A DNA stretch of 63,274 nucleotides, the filler included, from an uncultured bacterium (GTDB lineage: Bacteria > JAGOEH01), in the NCBI GenBank assembly GCA_964632485.1. It is 4 parts of 4 records of this genome, joined end to end, with 100 filler letters (N's around TTAATTAATTAA, not from the genome) between each part and the next. Parts side by side here need not be neighbours in the genome. Positions count along the whole stretch, not along the records: positions 1 to 23,049 come from CAZWDO010000037.1; 3 more parts are not named here. The stretch is one strand, 5' to 3'. Each line of letters begins with the position of its first letter. Position 1 is the stretch's first letter. Shown one piece after another: positions 1-9,106 of the stretch. Position numbers and translations under genes: made by a program. The notes beneath the pieces were generated by a model. The model saw only the letters and a list, made by a program, of their open reading frames with translations, made no database searches and was not told the DNA's origin.

Positions 1-1811
1 TCCATTCCAGCATTGCGGCGGCTCCGTCGCCGTCGCCGGCGACGGCGTCCGGTCGCGCCGGGTGGTGAACTCCACCGTCCGCTCATATTCCCGCTCGTTA
101 CCCGCCAGATCCGTGATGCGCACCGCCACGCGATAGCCCGTTGAGGGCATAAGCCGCGTCAACCACGCCGAAGTCCGATAGCCGTAGCTCTCGCTTTCCG
201 AGAGGAATATCAGCGTGCCGTCGATAGCGCGGACTTCCACCCGGCCGCGCGTCGGCTCGTCGCTCTCCCAGCGCAGCAGCGCCGAGGAATCGTACACCAA
301 GGCCGCCCGCGGCGGACGCGCGAAGCCCGGAGCCCGGGTATCGGCCTGAGTGTTGGTGGTGAAACTGTTGTTCGAGCCGAGAGGGGATTCCCGCAAACCC
401 GCGCGCGCCAGCAGCGAGGGTTCCCCACCCCACTCAGCCGCATTACCCGCGGGATCCACGAGGCGCAGAGCGTAGTCATAGCTCGTCCCCGCCGTCAGTC
501 CCGCGAGCAGGAAAATATGCTCGCGCGCGTAGGTCTCGTAGGTAAGTGTATCGCGCGAGGCCGAACCGACAGCGCCGTAGGTCAGCGTCGCCCGGCACGC
601 CTCGTCCGTCTGCAGGGCGATGCAGGCGCGCGTGTCCGTTATCTCAACGTTCGGCCCGCTGACGATCAGCGGCGGCTGGCTGTCTGCCGCCTCATGTGTG
701 CGGAAGGAATAGGCGTCGGCATCTCAGTGAGGGTTTCCGACAGATCGTCTATGATGCCCAGGCGCACAAAGTAAGATTCGCCGGAGAACAGGCTCTCGAA
801 GCGGAAGCGGTGTTCAAGGGCGGCTGTTGTGTCGAGCAGTGAACTCAGCGGCTGGAAACTATCGGCCTGAGCGTAGAGGGCAGCGCCAGCGCACAGGGCG
901 ACATCAGTTGCGAATGTGATCGTGGCTTCCCTGGAGCCGATATAGCTGAAGGCGGGTTTGCCCACCAACGGGAAAACCTTGGCGACGCGCGGCGCCATGG
1001 TCTCAAACGCGAAAACGATGGCGCTATCCATACAGGTCGTATCATCGAGGCAGAGGATCAGACGGCCTTCGTATTCCGTTCGCGGGCTCAGGCCGGCAAC
1101 GGTCTGCTCCATGCGAAAGCGGGGGTTACCCTTGATGCGAAGGGACTGCCACTCGCCGCCCGCAATCGGGCGCCACGCGAGCGAGCAGACGGCCGGGACT
1201 TCCGTGCGCCAGCCGAGAGTTACCGAGCTGTCCGAGGCCGAGCGCGTCAGCACTGGCTGGGTCAGTTTGATCTCAGGGCCTCCGGTAACGAAACTCCGTA
1301 CCGCGGACCACTCTCCGGAGGTGGCGAAATTGTCGCCGCGCGCCCGCCAGTAGTATTCGGCGCGGTAGGCCAGGCCATGGGCGCGCCACAGCGTGTCCGT
1401 CAATGCCGTATCGCCGGATATTAAATCGGCGAACACGCTGTCCGCACTGATCTCGATGCGGTAGCTCGCGCAGGAATCCACCGGATGCCAGCAAAACGCA
1501 AAATCCGCGGACACATTCCCGGCGCCGTCGGCGGGTTCGGCCAGCAGCGGCGCGGCTGGGACTGGACGGTAATAGTTCGTCCAGGATAGAGAATCCATTA
1601 AATTTATTATCATCTCGCCTGTTTTCGAATAAAGGCAAAGTGTATCATCCCGAGGCGCCAGTTTGCTGATACTGTCAATCGGAATGCGCCTTTCAATGCC
1701 AGTTGAAAACCTGTCTATTTGATAATAATTATCAGCGACGGATAATCCGTGAAATATCAGGATGAATAAAACACTTTTCAACAAAACTGTAAAAAATCTA
1801 AGGGTCATCAT
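1..1811 (-). pseudogene. Secreted multi-Fn3 (purple-acid-phosphatase-N-like) repeat protein, frameshifted at ~721-726 and running off the window start
   Basis: ORF 666..1850 has a signal peptide after ATG 1811 (AGGAGGG RBS). A second minus frame is open from 723 to 1 (DADAYSFRTHEAADSQPPLIVSGP...EHIFLLAGL...DPAGN...NNSFTTNTQADTRAP...ITDLAGN) and is colinear with the paralog at 13310-16573. Confidence 0.8.
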
Positions 1812-1902
1812 TTCCCTCCTTCTTTTTATCCTCTGAATTGAAATCGCCAATATCGGCTGGATCGATCAAGCATATTGAACAAAACAACAATTGGCAAATT
1901 CA

Positions 1903-2811
1903 TTAGTCTACCTCTTCCGCGCTTTTATGTGATTCGGTTTGAAGCGCGGGCGCTTTCATCGCCGGTGCTGTCATAAAATTTATATTAGCGCCGTATGCCG
2001 TACCTCCTGCATTCGTGGCCACCACCCGATAATTGTAGTTAGTATTGGCGGTTAATCCAGACAAGTTGGCAGTGATAGGCCCCATTGTTCCGTCAGCCAT
2101 CGGACTTTCATTGGCGGCAATTGTATTCCCATAAGCGGGAGTGGTTCCCCATTCAAAAGTTACCGTCGTCGCGCCGCCATTATTCGTATTCACAACTCCA
2201 TTCAGCGTTACTGATGTTTGTTGGATATTAGTCGGAGGAGAACTATTGGCCATGGGAGCTGAAAGAGCTGTTGTAGAAAAGGTCATATCAACGCCGGTGG
2301 CGTTGCCTCCGGCATTCGCGGCCAGCACCCGATAATGGTACGTCGTATTGGCCGTCAGTCCAGTCAAGGGAGCCGATACCGGCTGCGAGGCCGCGCCGTC
2401 GGCCAGCGGGCTTTGCGTCGCCGCGAGCGTGTTGCCGTAGGCCGCCGTGAGTTCCCATTCGAAGCTCACCGTCGTCGCGCCGCCGTTGTTCGGGTTCACG
2501 GCGCCATTGAGGGTCGCCGCGCTCTGCCCCACGTCCGTAGCTGCCTGCGTGGTCGCGCCCGGCGCCGGAATCGCCGCCTTCGGATATAAAATGCTCTCGA
2601 TAACGCTCAGCAACACGGTATCCGCTGAACCGTCCTTGTAATGCACGCATAATCGTGCGGGTTGTCCCGGGGGGTAGGTCAAACTATCAACCACTGACAA
2701 TTCGATTCGCAACTGTGTGCCGTCATTTCGATTAATCAGAATATCGCGACCCCAGGCTAAAGAAGCTCCACACAGTAGCAGAAGGGAAAACAAACAAAAC
2801 TTTCGCTTCAT
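1903..2811 (-). CDS. Secreted protein with two tandem Fn3-like repeats
   Basis: Signal peptide MKRKFCLFSLLLLCGASLAWG; two copies of 'ATLNGxVNxNNGGATTVxFEWxxTxAYGNT...LxGLTANTxYxYRVxAxNAGG'. Confidence 0.85.
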   Translation of the reverse strand: MKRKFCLFSLLLLCGASLAWGRDILINRNDGTQLRIELSVVDSLTYPPGQPARLCVHYKDGSADTVLLSVIESILYPKAAIPAPGATTQAATDVGQSAATLNGAVNPNNGGATTVSFEWELTAAYGNTLAATQSPLADGAASQPVSAPLTGLTANTTYHYRVLAANAGGNATGVDMTFSTTALSAPMANSSPPTNIQQTSVTLNGVVNTNNGGATTVTFEWGTTPAYGNTIAANESPMADGTMGPITANLSGLTANTNYNYRVVATNAGGTAYGANINFMTAPAMKAPALQTESHKSAEEVD

Positions 2812-2967
2812 CGCATCATCCTTTCATGAATAAAAATTGAATGCCATCAACACTTCGGAAAACAGTAAAAAACAAAGCCGTTCTCGTTGTGCTGGTTCAA
2901 CGGAAAAAGGGAAACGAAATTAAATGCAACTTACAAAACACAGGTGAAAAGCCAAAAAAAAATCAAG

Positions 2968-3014
2968 TGCATATTCCGGTTTGATCGGCCGTGTATTCCG
3001 CTTGAAATACACCA
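2968..3014 (+). mobile_element. Possible solo IS21-family terminal repeat
   Basis: TGCATATTCCGGTTTGATCGGCCGTGTATTCCGCTTGAAATACACCA begins with TG and carries tandem ATTCCG subrepeats, as IS21-type ends do. No istA/istB nearby. Confidence 0.45.
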
Positions 3015-3121
3015 AGGGTCTTAAGAACTTGAAATTGGGCTTGCTCTAATTGGATTCCCTCAACTTACCGACGACGGAACCCGGAACGTTAGGGTAACGC
3101 CTTATAACACAGTAAAAAAGA

Positions 3122-3856
3122 TCAAAGCCGCCAGTTGATTCGCAGGCTCCATGCCGTAAAGCTCTCCCCATCATCGAGGTCTGTTACATAAGACAATTGC
3201 GGCAGATGGGCGATATCCACCTGAAGAGTCAAGGGAACTTTATTTTTCAGTAATTCAGCAAACGGCAAGCGAAACCCCAGCCCATAAGTGAAATCGGGCA
3301 ATTTATCCCTGGAGGTTTCGTAGTGGAAATTCAGAGTAAAATGATAATACCCTATTCGTGCGTAAAGCATCTCCAAAAGCGAAAATTCCGAACCCATTTT
3401 CCATCCGGTCCGGTAGCGGTAATCCAGGCGGTCGTTATATTCCAGCAAAAGGGAGAATCCCACCAGATACAAGCCGAACAATCCCTTCTGACGCATAAAG
3501 TGGAATCCGGGGATTGAACGGAATGCCTGTCGGATTTTCAATCGTGGAATAATCCATTTTTCGCCATTTCGGATCCGAAAAAAAAAGCGACAAATAATCA
3601 TAACTGACGTCATTAAAAATATAATAGGGGTCGTTGAAGGCGGCGGCCAAATCCACGCCTGGCGTGAAGGCGAGGGCGGCGGGATTGTAGAAGGCGCTCG
3701 ACGTTCCTTCCATGATGGCAACCTGGCATTGGCTTTAGGCTTCCAAGCGGGCGCTCGGCTGGCGGCCATAAAAAACAGATCGTAATACTCCGGGTTTTCC
3801 ATTGCCGAAATTCCATTGCTAAACACAAGAAAAATTGAAATCACGACAGCCGACAA
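3122..3856 (-). pseudogene. PorV/PorQ-like outer-membrane beta-barrel remnant (copy 1)
   Basis: An alternative frame reads FYGRQPSARLEA*SQCQVAIMEGTSSAFYNPAALA (PorV-type N-terminal motif with an in-frame stop). C-terminal strands read EFSLLEMLYARIGY...FTYGLGF. The middle is deleted, so the listed 244-aa ORF is out of frame in its middle. Confidence 0.75.
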
Positions 3857-3876
3857 TAGTTATATGGCAAATTTTC

Positions 3877-4180
3877 TTATTCTTCAGACAATGGAAACTC
3901 GATCGTAAAGGCGGCGCCTGCGCTCCACCCGATACTCACAGCGCCGTGAATCTGACTGACCAGCATATTCACCAATTGAAGGCCGAAACCGGAGCTTTTT
4001 CCGCAATTTATCGTTTCGGGCATGACGATGCCATTATTCTTGAAGACCAACCGTTCACCGCCAGCCATTTTAGCGGCCTGAATCGCGATCAACCTCTGCT
4101 CTCGGCCCACAAACACATATTTCATGGCATTGGTGATCAATTCGCTTAAAATAATCCCCAGTGTTGTCAGCATTTTGACA
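3877..4180 (-). pseudogene. HisKA_2-type histidine kinase, C-terminal HATPase fragment only
   Basis: LGIILSELITNAMKY (N box), degenerate KNNGIVMP (G1), GFGLQLV (G2); no H box upstream. Confidence 0.8.
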
Positions 4181-4530
4181 GGAGTTTCGTGAAAATAAAA
4201 TTATTCTTTAGCAAATTATTATTTTGCAATGGGTTATAAAATAATGTCTGTGAGGGTATTTTTATATATGAATAATCACTTGACAAATATTTGAATAAAT
4301 CGTGGTCATAATTCGATTGTCTTTCACTCTGACCATACCGGGAAAATTAAAAATCCCTACTTTATGGACAAACTCTATTTAATACTATTTTTTATAAAAT
4401 ACGAAAGCTGGGTTAATACTATCTCAGGTTTTCATCGGATCAGACAGGCCAAGCCTTTACATTCCATGCGGTAATATCTTTTTTCACCACAGACGTAGCT
4501 CAAACCTGATTCGATTGTCCAATTCCCGGA

Positions 4531-5628
4531 TTAGTGGGAAATAGCGCCGGTGTGACCAATGGGAGCGATTAGCGCTGGAGGGTTTCCTTCATCATGGGTG
4601 GCAAATTCCTCTGCGTTGTAGATAAAAATTTCCATGCCGTTGCCGTCCCGCGCCGGTTCCCATACCTGCGCATGGGTATGTGAAAGGCGCACGCCCATTT
4701 CATGATACATCACCAACAATTTATGAAGTTGCCGACGGGGGGGTTTATAATGCCCACTATTGTTGCTGATCATGAGCATCTCGCCTTGCCATAATTTCAG
4801 CATTCCCGCGCAGATGATCATATTACCGGCATTGAGGGTAGAATGATTGATCTGTTCGCTGCCTGAAATCTTAATAGTGAATAGATTGCCATAACGGTCA
4901 ACGGCATAGGGCCAACCCCCTCCCTTATCGTAGTCGATGGCGCCTCTCCTGAATCCCACATCCCACTCATCCATACTGAACAGATCATCCCTGAAATTGT
5001 AAAAAAGCTCGCCATTGGGGATAGCCATCAGTTTCAAGCGTTCCAATTTATGTAGATAAAGCACAGGATTGTTGGCGCCCATCAAATTATCTAACTTATC
5101 ATAATCCGCTTCGGTGAAATCGCTGAATTTCTTGTTGCCGAACTGAGCCTTATAAGTATTACTTGAATCGTTGTATGCATCGCCAAGCAAGGTGCCGGAA
5201 GGGGCGTATTGCTTCCCGGATCGCAAATATCCCGATCGCTCGAAAGAGTAAGGGCCACTGAGGGATTGGTAGCCGACATGTGGGTTAAAATGAGCTTTGC
5301 CCGTTTCAAATTTATTCAATGCGCGCATATAATCTGGCGCAATTCTGCGGAAGAGGTCCATGACCTGAGCCAGCAATTCGCGGACAACCTGCTGACGTCT
5401 CAAACTGTTCGTGGATGTTTTTCCCGCCTTGAGTTTAAGCCAGCGGCGGCATTCCTTGGCTACCAGCCACAGGAGCTGAATTTTATCATCCCGCTTGCCA
5501 TTCATGCCCTCTTCCCAGCTTTGCAATGCCAAATCGATCTGTACCAACCGTCCACGACTTTTAAACTTACCCGTAAACCCTCCATGCGCAGTCCGTTTCT
5601 TGAATTCGACTAACTTCATGATATCCAT
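4531..5628 (-). CDS. Putative toxin/effector: N-terminal four-helix bundle plus C-terminal IQM-like (HST..AG...SGHYxP) domain
   Basis: ATG 5628 with GGGAG RBS and its own promoter; motif YAVDRYGNLF...NHSTLNAGNMIICAGMLKLWQGEMLMISNNSGHYKP. Confidence 0.7.
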   Translation of the reverse strand: MDIMKLVEFKKRTAHGGFTGKFKSRGRLVQIDLALQSWEEGMNGKRDDKIQLLWLVAKECRRWLKLKAGKTSTNSLRRQQVVRELLAQVMDLFRRIAPDYMRALNKFETGKAHFNPHVGYQSLSGPYSFERSGYLRSGKQYAPSGTLLGDAYNDSSNTYKAQFGNKKFSDFTEADYDKLDNLMGANNPVLYLHKLERLKLMAIPNGELFYNFRDDLFSMDEWDVGFRRGAIDYDKGGGWPYAVDRYGNLFTIKISGSEQINHSTLNAGNMIICAGMLKLWQGEMLMISNNSGHYKPPRRQLHKLLVMYHEMGVRLSHTHAQVWEPARDGNGMEIFIYNAEEFATHDEGNPPALIAPIGHTGAISH

Positions 5629-5779
5629 AAATTCTCCCGTATAATAATAGCGCTGAACCAAAAACTGGAATAGAGCAATTCTGATCTCAATTGACCAGTC
5701 TTTCTACCAGTCAGGTTTAGCCTGAATTAAAAAATCAGCCTTCTAATACTATTAAACATATTCTGTTTAATTGCTTTCT

Positions 5780-5808
5780 AATATAATTAGTTTAGAGGAT
5801 ATTGTCAA
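5780..5808 (-). promoter_or_regulatory. sigma70-type promoter for the 4531-5628 gene
   Basis: TTGACA-17 bp-TATATT on the minus strand. Confidence 0.7.
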
Positions 5809-5989
5809 ATAATTAATTTTTCCTAAAAAAATTTTCATTCTTATTCAATACAATTGCCAATCGCATTTCCACCCGCGTTGATAAATTATTCGACGGAATC
5901 TACCCAAACCATAGTTGGCGAACCCGTCAAAATTTACAAATTTAAGTTCATGGCGGCAAATGAAAAGCGCTGTGCGGCGCCCCGTACCG

Positions 5990-6190
5990 ATCTCGATGCT
6001 CTCCTGCGCGCCTTCATTCCGGACGGTGTCGATCAGATTCTTCAAATCCCGATAATGCTTCAAACCCTCTTCGTAAGCCGGATATTCATTATGGCTCAGC
6101 TTCATGATCTCTGCAACCTTGAAAAGTTTTCCGAATATCTTCTACTGAAGCATCGCTGGGCGCTCCATCAACCACGACAAATTCTTCAAC
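5990..6190 (-). pseudogene. Rpn / PD-(D/E)XK nuclease-family putative transposase, C-terminal remnant
   Basis: Minus frame reads LKNLSWLMERPAMLQ*KIFGKLFKVAEIMKLSHNEYPAYEEGLKHYRDLKNLIDTVRNEG, the typical Rpn-family C-terminus, with an internal stop. Confidence 0.7.
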
Positions 6191-6342
6191 ATTTTTTTCG
6201 CATCAACCCGTATAAAATTCTTGAAGCTCTCTCTTTTCGCCAGTTTGTTAATGGATGCATTATCTGCTTTAACCCAACTTACGCCAAGGCTGTAAAAAAA
6301 AATGAACAGAATTAAGCGCATTTTTAGATATTATTATTTTTC

Positions 6343-6371
6343 TTGACATCTTCAGTTAACTAATCTATATT
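6343..6371 (+). promoter_or_regulatory. sigma70-type promoter for the 6422 gene
   Basis: TTGACA (6343-6348)-17 bp-TATATT (6366-6371). Confidence 0.75.
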
Positions 6372-6421
6372 AAATCTATCGTTAAGGATATTAAATTTAA
6401 CCATTTTTCAAAGGTAATCCA

Positions 6422-8497
6422 ATGAAGAAGAACAGTTTTTTTATAATTTTACTTGTTTTTATGCTTGCGAACGATATACAAATTCAAAGCCAAACTCTTT
6501 TTCAGAGTACTGCCGGACCTGAGGGAGGTACTTGCAGAGGCTTAATAACAGTTGATAATCAAATTTTTACCTCAATGCTTTATTCCGGTATTTACGCTTC
6601 TACTGATCGTGGAATGACATGGACAATTAAAAACCGCGGCATGGAAGGCAAAAGTACAATGGAAATCGCTCATTTTCAAGGCAGTCTATTAACAACTGTA
6701 TTTCAAATTGGAGTATATCGTTCCACAGATTTCGGCGATACCTGGAGTTTATCAAATAATGGTCTGCCTAATTACCAGATTATGTCGCTTTTTGCGACGA
6801 ATACAACAGTATTTACCGGCATATTTTTCAGTGGAGTCTATCGGTCAGCAAACGGTGGGCTGAGCTGGTCAAAAGCCAGCAATGGGATGAATGGGACGGA
6901 AACTATATATGAATTCGGTTTAAAAGGCGACACTCTTTTTGCATTGGGGTATTTAAAAATTTACCGTTCCGGCAATGACGGGAACCAATGGCAGCAAATT
7001 GGAACAGGACTGTCAAAAAGCCATTACCAATCCTTTATTGTGATCAATGACAAAATTATTATTGGCGCTTCAAATGGCATTGTGGTTTCTGAGGACAATG
7101 GAGATAATTGGACCGAACCCCATAACGAATTAGATGAATTGACAGTGCAATCATTATGGAAATTAAATTCCTATGTTTATGCCGGAACTTCTGCGGGTTG
7201 TTATCGATCTGACGATAATGCCGTATCCTGGACTCTAATTGATCATGACCTATGGAATAATAATATAATCAGTATAACTTCCATTGACACTACTTTATTG
7301 GTTGGAACAAATGGAAATGGCATATTCCGTTCTGAAAACAATGGCGATCTGTTTTTCGAATCAAACACCGGGATTGCTGGAACATTACTTACGGATATTG
7401 CATCACTTTCGGGAACATTATTTACTTCTACATGGTCATCGGGTTTATATCGCGCGACCGACCCGATCAGCAATTGGGAGCGCATTCCAACTCAAGCGAA
7501 TGAAGGTGAATTGCAATTTACCAATACGCTTGCTGCATTGGGCGGCAAATTATTTGCAGGAACCATTAATGGACTTTATGCATCGAATGATAACGGCAAC
7601 AACTGGTCTCAAGTTGATCTCGGGATAAATGATACCCGGGTTGACGACATTCTTATATCTGACGCCAATCTATATTTGCAAACAAGTGAAGGTTTTTTTT
7701 ATTCCGCCGATTCTGGATTGACTTGGAATGTTTCTGCGAATGGGTTATCATCAACGGATATTAGCGGAATCGCCATATCTCCGGATTATTATCATGCAAT
7801 AGTCGGCTATTCTGAAGTTTACAGAACAGATCAACCAGACGGAAGCTGGGTTTTAACAACAACGGGTCTCCCTGTATATCAGTACTATAATAATATTATC
7901 TTTTTTAACAATGCATTGTTCATAGGAACTTCCTATGGACTCTATCAATCAACTGATAATGGCTCTACCTGGAATTTAGCCGAATTTTTATATAAAGATA
8001 TCAGTTGCCTTAAAGTTGTCAATAATTATGCTTTCTTATCGCCTGAAGTCGGGGTCTTATATTATAGTAACGATGGAACTACCTGGACCCAATTAAATGA
8101 TTCCAGCATTAATTATTCCATAACTTCCGTGGAAATCTTTGATAATTACTTATATATCGCAACGAATGGGGCGGGATTATGGCGTATGTCGATGGCTAAT
8201 TTATCGTCAATCGAAGATAATAATAGTATTACTGATCACTATCGTCTATATCAAAATTATCCTAACCCATTCAATCATTCAAGTAAAATAAACTACTTTA
8301 TCCAAAAAGGCGGATTAGTTAGGATTACGGTTTTCGATATACTCGGAAAGGAGATTGGAACGCTGGTCAATGAAGAAAAAAGCCCGGGATTTCATCAAGT
8401 TGAATTTTCCGGAGAGAATTTGCCAACCGGCATTTATTTCTATAAAATGGAAATTAATGATTATTCAGGCAAAAATAAATTATTGCTGGTAAAGTAA
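6422..8497 (+). CDS. Secreted BNR/Asp-box (YCF48-like) beta-propeller protein with T9SS-type C-terminal domain
   Basis: Signal peptide; many S-x-D-x-G-x-T-W repeats; C-terminal LYQNYPNPFN...LPTGIYFY...KLLLVK. Confidence 0.9.
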   Translation: MKKNSFFIILLVFMLANDIQIQSQTLFQSTAGPEGGTCRGLITVDNQIFTSMLYSGIYASTDRGMTWTIKNRGMEGKSTMEIAHFQGSLLTTVFQIGVYRSTDFGDTWSLSNNGLPNYQIMSLFATNTTVFTGIFFSGVYRSANGGLSWSKASNGMNGTETIYEFGLKGDTLFALGYLKIYRSGNDGNQWQQIGTGLSKSHYQSFIVINDKIIIGASNGIVVSEDNGDNWTEPHNELDELTVQSLWKLNSYVYAGTSAGCYRSDDNAVSWTLIDHDLWNNNIISITSIDTTLLVGTNGNGIFRSENNGDLFFESNTGIAGTLLTDIASLSGTLFTSTWSSGLYRATDPISNWERIPTQANEGELQFTNTLAALGGKLFAGTINGLYASNDNGNNWSQVDLGINDTRVDDILISDANLYLQTSEGFFYSADSGLTWNVSANGLSSTDISGIAISPDYYHAIVGYSEVYRTDQPDGSWVLTTTGLPVYQYYNNIIFFNNALFIGTSYGLYQSTDNGSTWNLAEFLYKDISCLKVVNNYAFLSPEVGVLYYSNDGTTWTQLNDSSINYSITSVEIFDNYLYIATNGAGLWRMSMANLSSIEDNNSITDHYRLYQNYPNPFNHSSKINYFIQKGGLVRITVFDILGKEIGTLVNEEKSPGFHQVEFSGENLPTGIYFYKMEINDYSGKNKLLLVK

Positions 8498-9106
8498 ATA
8501 TCAGTCACATTTAGCAGTTTATTAATATACCTAAACTGAAATTAAACAGATTTTTTTAGCCAATTATATATGTTATTAATAGAAAATAATTTGAATCTCT
8601 TTTTCATGCCTTATTGGCGCAGCAACCGTTCAAATGAGATTTGGCATATCTTATATCAAAATGAGCCCCAGATATCAGTAGAATCATGACAGTTGAATTT
8701 GGGCCAGTTCAATACCCGTTGATTTACCCCATCCAATGATGCGCTATATTTTTCATTGGCGTTTAATGAGTCAACTGGCAGATTCAATTCTTTATGACGA
8801 AACTCATGATTAACGCCATATACTCGCGGCTGAAAACGAAAATCCTGTTAAAATAACCCCATCCCCAGCAAAATAAAGTAAAGATTTAGTAAAAATTTTT
8901 CTGCGAAAAGGACTGGCAGGATCGGGGCAAAACTATGCGAAAAAACTTGCATAATTGGAATATTATAGTATATTAAGAGAAATGAAAAACAAGAAAACAA
9001 TTCGATTCGGTTTTCTAATGCAGGATAAATTTTTAACTAAAGAAGACTTGCGGCGCGAGTTGACTACTTTTGCATATTTAGAATAACAAAAGGAAAGCTT
9101 ACTTCT

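Noticed and set aside
3040..3110. CCCTAAC/GTTAGGG and TTATAAC motifs resembling integron attC ends
   Set aside because: No paired R''/R' boxes with a convincing hairpin, no repeated attC array, and no integron integrase.
5854..6315. 153-aa plus-strand ORF
   Set aside because: It is antisense to the Rpn-family remnant, which carries the recognisable motif.
8920..8960. GGCAAAAC...GAAA hairpin reminiscent of a c-di-GMP-I riboswitch
   Set aside because: The following GACGCAAA segment and second stem are absent; the sequence overlaps a probable promoter.
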